Assembly: GCF_004010195.1 (NCBI RefSeq) | Contig: NC_057719.1 | Coordinates: 42,771,024-42,805,675 of the forward strand | Direction: 5' to 3' | Origin: Chiloscyllium plagiosum | Lineage: Eukaryota | Length of the DNA: 34,652 bases | In this document: piece after piece, positions 33,534 through 34,652 of the stretch | How the letters are laid out: each line of letters starts with the position of its first letter | Numbering within the stretch: position 1 is the first letter of the stretch | Notes under the pieces: generated by a model | Told to the model about the DNA's origin: nothing | Databases searched by the model: none | What the model saw: only the letters and a program-made list of their open reading frames with translations | Position numbers and translations under genes: made by a program

Positions 33534-33704
33534 CAAAGTAAATCAATAAACTGAAATTGACAATATTTTTATTGGACTAGTTTTCTAACAGCTCCCCTCA
33601 GACGTTTAGTACAAATATTACAAATTTCAGTTTATTGATTTACTTTGTTATATTTTTATTGGACTAGTTTTTCTAAGAGCTCTCCTAAGACATTTAGTAC
33701 AAAT
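33534..33704. repeat. Local A-B-A(inverted)-B duplication
   Basis: A 33534-33558 is the exact reverse complement of 33623-33647; B 33563-33616 is directly repeated at 33650-33704. Confidence 0.92.
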
Positions 33705-33894
33705 TTGTTTTATTCTATTTAAGCTCAGTATGTTTTTACATATATTAATAGATTAAAAATTCCACTATGTAGCAATGAGATATTTCTACCACTAGGTAGC
33801 ATTAGTTCCATGTTCAATGACCTTACAATAATTTAACGAAATACATTCCATTCTTTTTTTAAACCTTTTAATATTAGGACCTCTTCATTTCCAC

Positions 33895-34206
33895 CAGTTC
33901 TGTCACTACCAGCAGGATGTCACTGCTATCACATATTCTCTCCTTTTCTCTCAGCATTCCGCTAGGACTGTTCCCTTTGGGACACCTGGTCCACTCCTCC
34001 TCCTCTCCCTACACCTCCATTCCCAATATCTTCTTACCCCTGCACAACAACTTCCCCTGCAATCGCAAAAGATGCAACACTTGCCCGTTTACTTCTTCTA
34101 TTCTCACTATCCAAGGCCTCCAACACACTGTCCAGGTGAAACAGCGATTTACCTGCTCTTCACTCAATCTAGTCTACTGGACTCACTGCTCACAATGTGG
34201 TATTCT
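33895..34206 (+). mobile_element. Penelope-like (Neptune-type) element fragment: Cys-rich linker and start of GIY-YIG endonuclease
   Basis: FPCNRKRCNTCPF...QVKQRFTCSSLNLVYWTHCSQCG; truncated by the CR1 insertion before the YIG motif. Confidence 0.82.
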
Positions 34207-34652
34207 GGCTCGTATATGTGTGGAAAATGTGTGCACATTCAGCAATTGACCGAGCATATTGCAGCGCTGACGAAAGAACTCGAAGACCTTCGGCTCATCC
34301 GAGAAAACGAGATCTTTCTGGACAAGACCTTCAGCAATGTTATTACACCAATCATGCCAGAAGAGAGCAGAAGAGAGCAGATGATGAGGAAGGCAGAGAG
34401 GAGACAGGTGCAAGAGACCCCGGGAGAAGTACCTGTCAGGAACAAGTTGAAGCTTTTGGAAGCAGAGACTGATGACACTGCCAGTTCGCAAGGCGGCCAA
34501 GTTTGTCAATCAAAAGTTGCCGCAGAGGCAGAGCAGAAGAGTCGGACATCACACAGAGCCGTGGTAATAGGGGACTCCATCGTGAGAGGAACTGACCGAG
34601 GTTTTTGTGGCAGCAGACGGGACTTAAGGATGGTGTGTTGCCTTCCTGGTGC
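34207..34652 (+). mobile_element. Young CR1 LINE, 5'-truncated within ORF1; runs off the window
   Basis: Uninterrupted frame from 34207: SYMCGKCVHIQQLTEHIAALTKELEDLRLIRENE...RAVVIGDSIVRGTDRGFCGSRRDLRMVCCLPG (GDS esterase motif). Confidence 0.92.

Noticed and set aside
1..34652. CRISPR arrays, operons or other prokaryotic or viral systems
   Set aside because: No repeat-spacer periodicity or gene-dense coding; the window is eukaryotic intronic and intergenic DNA.

Overview
Vertebrate genomic DNA. The repeat content (HE1/V-type tRNA SINEs, many CR1 LINEs) points to a cartilaginous fish, probably a shark (inference). Roughly half or more of the window is transposon debris. The only host gene supported is a PLD3/PLD4-family lysosomal 5'-3' exonuclease on the + strand, most likely PLD4. 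Three coding exons (20622-20702, 29032-29183, 31695-31878) splice in frame into a type II membrane protein N-terminus, and the gene continues past the window end. Upstream lies a decayed, heavily nested Gmr1-like Gypsy LTR retrotransposon (- strand, 3743-~13750) with a SCAN-like Gag and the atypical order PR-INT-RT-RNaseH. It is split by a 4.2-kb foreign block. The intron after the first coding exon holds a near full-length antisense CR1 with a target-site duplication. The most unusual signal is about nine short Penelope-like-derived repeats, of about four sequence types, carrying intact or decayed minimal hammerhead ribozyme motifs (CUGANGA-stem II-GAAA-NN-UH). Two of them are almost identical ~120-bp units flanked by TSDs. 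There are also two local template-switch scars (15757-16004, 33534-33704). All family assignments come from motif recognition by eye; no database searches were run.
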